Source: Nemertoderma westbladi
Taxonomy: Eukaryota > Animalia > Xenacoelomorpha
DNA: 37,556 bases
Assembly (NCBI GenBank): GCA_032718475.1
Contig: JAUCBJ010001281.1
Span: 1 to 37,556, forward strand
Direction of reading: 5' to 3'
Part shown: positions 34,013 through 37,556 of the stretch, one piece after another
Layout: each line of letters begins with the position of its first letter
How positions within the stretch are numbered: the stretch's first letter is position 1
Position numbers and translations under genes: made by a program
The notes under the pieces: generated by a model
Database searches by the model: none
What the model was told of the DNA's origin: nothing
Seen by the model: only the letters and a program-made list of their open reading frames with translations

Positions 34013-35493
34013 TACAGTGTGTGGTACACTGTACAGTGTGTGGTACACTGTACAGTGTGTGGTACACTGTACAGTGTGTGGTACACTGTACAGTGTGTGG
34101 TATACTGTACAGTGTGTGGTACACTGTACAGTGTGTGGTACACTGTACAGTGTGTGGTATACTGTACAGTGTGTTGTACACTGTACAGTGTGTGGTACAC
34201 TGTACAGTGTGTTGTACACTGTACAGTGTGTGGTACACTGTACAGTGTGTGGTACACTGTACAGTGTGTGGTACACTGTACAGTGTATGGTATACTGTAC
34301 AGTGTGTGGTATACTGTACAGTGTGTGGTACACTGTACAGTCACAGTGTGTGGTACACTGTACAGTGTGTGGTACACTGTACAGTGTGTGGTACACTGTA
34401 CAGTGTGTGGTACACTGTACAGTGTGTGGTACACTGTACAGTGTGTGGTACACTGTACAGTGTGTGGTACACTGTACAGTGTGTGGTACACTGTACAGTG
34501 TGTGGTACACTGTACAGTGTGTGGTACACTGTACAGTGTGTGGTACACTGCACAGTGTGTGGTACACTGTACAGTGTGTGGTACACTGTACAGTGTGTGG
34601 TACACTGTACAGTGTGTGGTACACTGTACAGTGTGTGGTATACTGTACAGTGTGTTGTACACTGTACAGTGTGTGGTACACTGTACAGTGTGTGGTACAC
34701 TGTACAGTGTGTGGTACACTGTACAGTGTATGGTATACTGTACAGTGTGTGGTATACTGTACAGTGTGTGGTACACTGTACAGTCACAGTGTGTGGTACA
34801 CTGTACAGTGTGTGGTACACTGTACAGTGTGTGGTACACTGTACAGTGTGTGGTACACTGTACAGTGTGTGGTACACTGTACAGTGTGTGGTACACTGTA
34901 CAGTGTGTGGTACACTGTACAGTGTGTGGTACACTGTACAGTGTGTGGTACACTGCACAGTGTGTGGTACACTGTACAGTGTGTGGTACACTGTACAGTG
35001 TGTGGTACACTGTACAGTGTGTGGTACACTGTACAGTGTGTGGTACACTGTACAGTGTGTGGTATACTGTACAGTGTGTGGTATACTGTACAGTGTGTGG
35101 TATACTGTACAGTGTGTGGTATACTGTACAGTGTGTGGTATACTATACAGTGTGTGGTACACTGTACAGTGTGTGGTATACTGTACAGTGTGTCGTACAC
35201 TGTACAGTGTGTGGTACACTGTACAGTGTGTGGTACACTGTACAGTGTGTGGTACACTGTACAGTGTGTGGTACACTGTACAGTGTGTGGTACACTGTAC
35301 AGTGTGTGCTACACTGTACAGTGTGTGGTACACTGTACAGTGTGTGGTACACTGTACAGTGTGTGGTACACTGTACAGTGTGTGGTACACTGTACAGTGT
35401 GTGGTACACTGTACAGTGTGTGGTACACTGTACAGTGTGTGGTACACTGTACAGTGTGTGGTACACTGTACAGTGTGTGGTACACTGTACAGT
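34012..35493. repeat. 19-bp satellite (~78 copies) with internal palindrome
   Basis: Unit GTACAGTGTGTGGTACACT; each period contains the perfect palindrome ACACTGTACAGTGT. Confidence 0.98.
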
Positions 35494-37050
35494 ACATGTA
35501 TATTATTACCAATATGCCATAATGCTATTCACTAAAGACTTGAATTCACTAAATTAGACTAATAATGTTGTGAAATGAATCCTCCATTTAACTAAAAGAT
35601 TTACTCCCATGCAAGTTTCATCTATAATTCGACTAATATCTCCCGGGGTCTCCTGGGAAGGTGGCGTTTATGTTAAGGCCAGTTTACACGTGGCAACGTT
35701 TAGAGCAACTACTATCTCGGCAACTAGCAACTTTTTGGAGCAACTTAATTTCATCGCTAAAACTGTTTACACGTGGCAACTTCACCAGCAACATGGCCGG
35801 CAACTTTTAGAGCAACTTGGCTATTTTGATTTTGATAGTGCGTACTGGTTCAGTATCAGTATGCGTACACCACACCCCTCACCAAAATTTATCTACTAGC
35901 TAGTTTTTGATAATTTTTCTTTTTTTGCCTGGTTAGTATTTAGAAAGCATGGGATGGATATAATACGTGTATAAAATGAATAAAAAAACTTTTTAAAAGT
36001 TTTGAAATTTTTCAATTAAATTATCATAATAGCTAGTAAAAGTTATAGTAGCTAATAAATAATAAAAGCAATGATAAAAGTAATTTTCACAAGAAAATGT
36101 TTTTCAAATTTTCAATTTTTATTGTTTCACTAGCTAATAAAAAGTACTAGCTAACACAAATCAAAATGTATAGTCTCTTAGAATGTAAAATTTATGTTCT
36201 GAACTTGTACCGGTATAAGTTTTTAGGTTATTTTCAAAAATTTCAAAATTGGGTGACCAATATCGAATAAGTGCTGTTCTGTTCTGTTACGTTACACTAT
36301 AGAACATAGTTTCTCAATTATTTATTATTTGTAACGTATTTAAGTAGCTAAGTTGTAATTATAATTAAACATGTCAAGTTCTTTGTTAATTGGATAACTT
36401 TATTGGATAAGAACCTTAGTACACATGGAGCTAGTAAAAAGAGTATAACCAACCAGAAAGTAATTTATTGTTTTCTTTTAATTCATCATCATCAGTGGCG
36501 GATTTAGGGGGTGGGGGGGGGGGGGGGGGGGGGCATTGGGCCATAGCATACCCACCCCCCCCCCCCTCCCCCTTGCAGAAAAAAATGAGAGAAAAAAAGG
36601 GGAAAAATGGACAAGAAGGGCCTACGATACGATACGAATATAGTGTGTCTCAAAGTGCATCTGTTCTTTGAGATTTTCTCAAAGTGGTCTAAAAGTCATT
36701 TGTTACATTATGTCAACTTATCAATGTTCTTATGAATTACTCGCAACGCTGCAAGGTACCACTTTGCAACGTTGCGGCCTATAGGACGGAACACTGCAAA
36801 GTAATCCATAAACTGGAAACAACTTCAATTACCGTATTCCAGAATGTATTACAGTATTTCCATTTATATTAATGCGTGCTGGTTTATCCAGTTTGCAGTG
36901 ACAGGACTACAGGACTAGCTACTGTTTGTAATTATTTTTTATTCCAAAATTGCCGTTAGTATTAACAGCGAGTTGTTATTTAGCACTTTACAACTTTAGA
37001 GGACATTACAGCATTATATTGGCCTGTACATGTAGTATTGTATTTGGTGT

Positions 37051-37141
37051 TATTGTTTACGTGGTAACCCATGACGGCGTTAAGTAATGTCCACTAAGGG
37101 GACATTACTTAACGCCGCCATTGGATACCACGTAAACAATA
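37051..37141. repeat. Isolated 91-bp hairpin
   Basis: 42-bp arms (37051-37092, 37100-37141) with 3 mismatches and a 7-nt loop. Confidence 0.9.
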
Positions 37142-37556
37142 GGTGGAAATTTGCCTGACAGCCATATAGGCCTACTGCATTAACTACCGGTAGGCGGGGT
37201 ATAGCTATTAATAACCAGTAGGGCCTAGCAATATTATTATAACATGGCTCCAAACGCCATCATAAATATAAGCTAACTTATTTATAACATGATTTATGTC
37301 ATTTTTACATTTATTTATACAGCAACTAATTTAATTTGTGCAGTTTCTATCACTTATAATGTATATGTACAATCATTTCGTGATGTTAAAATTTTGGAAT
37401 AAAACTAGGCCTACATACTTGTTGCAAAGTACTTTACAGTGTTCTGATCCTCGTGACTTTATTTTCACTCACTCACTAACGTTCGTTCGTGTAACAAAGC
37501 CACTCGGATCATCACACTGTAAAGTGCTACTTTACACACAAGTATGTAAATAGTTA

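Noticed and set aside
33674-35557. Cys/His/Tyr-rich ORFs of 300-500 aa in all frames
   Set aside because: Translation artefacts of a stop-free 19-bp satellite.

Overview
AT-rich eukaryotic (invertebrate-type metazoan) genomic DNA; no prokaryotic features. Host genes: an intronless, divergent hexokinase (- strand); a 3-exon Rab43/Rab19-family GTPase; an intronless orphan ORF (~241 aa); and the minor-spliceosome gene ZCRB1 (U11/U12-31K; four exons found, the ORF track misses it). ZCRB1's 6.8-kb second intron holds a 5'-truncated RTE-type LINE, MITEs and a complete same-strand intronless neurochondrin-like gene. The rest is dense with mobile DNA: a decayed BEL/Pao element with its 3' LTR, LINE remnants, two MULE-type MITEs with 9-bp TSDs, Ginger1-type MITEs with CCGG TSDs, a recurring HINE/DINE-1-like family, a long-TIR foldback, and tandem arrays of 19, 29, 63, 66 and 68 bp. 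Most unusual: (i) the 66-bp array appears to be ~26 head-to-tail copies of a LINE's extreme 3' end (last codons + stop + (TAG)n tail); (ii) the same-strand nested neurochondrin gene; (iii) direct evidence that the abundant TACTGTA/TACATGTA-type words are insertions at TA, as expected for DNA-transposon excision footprints. Family assignments come from recalled motifs, not database searches.
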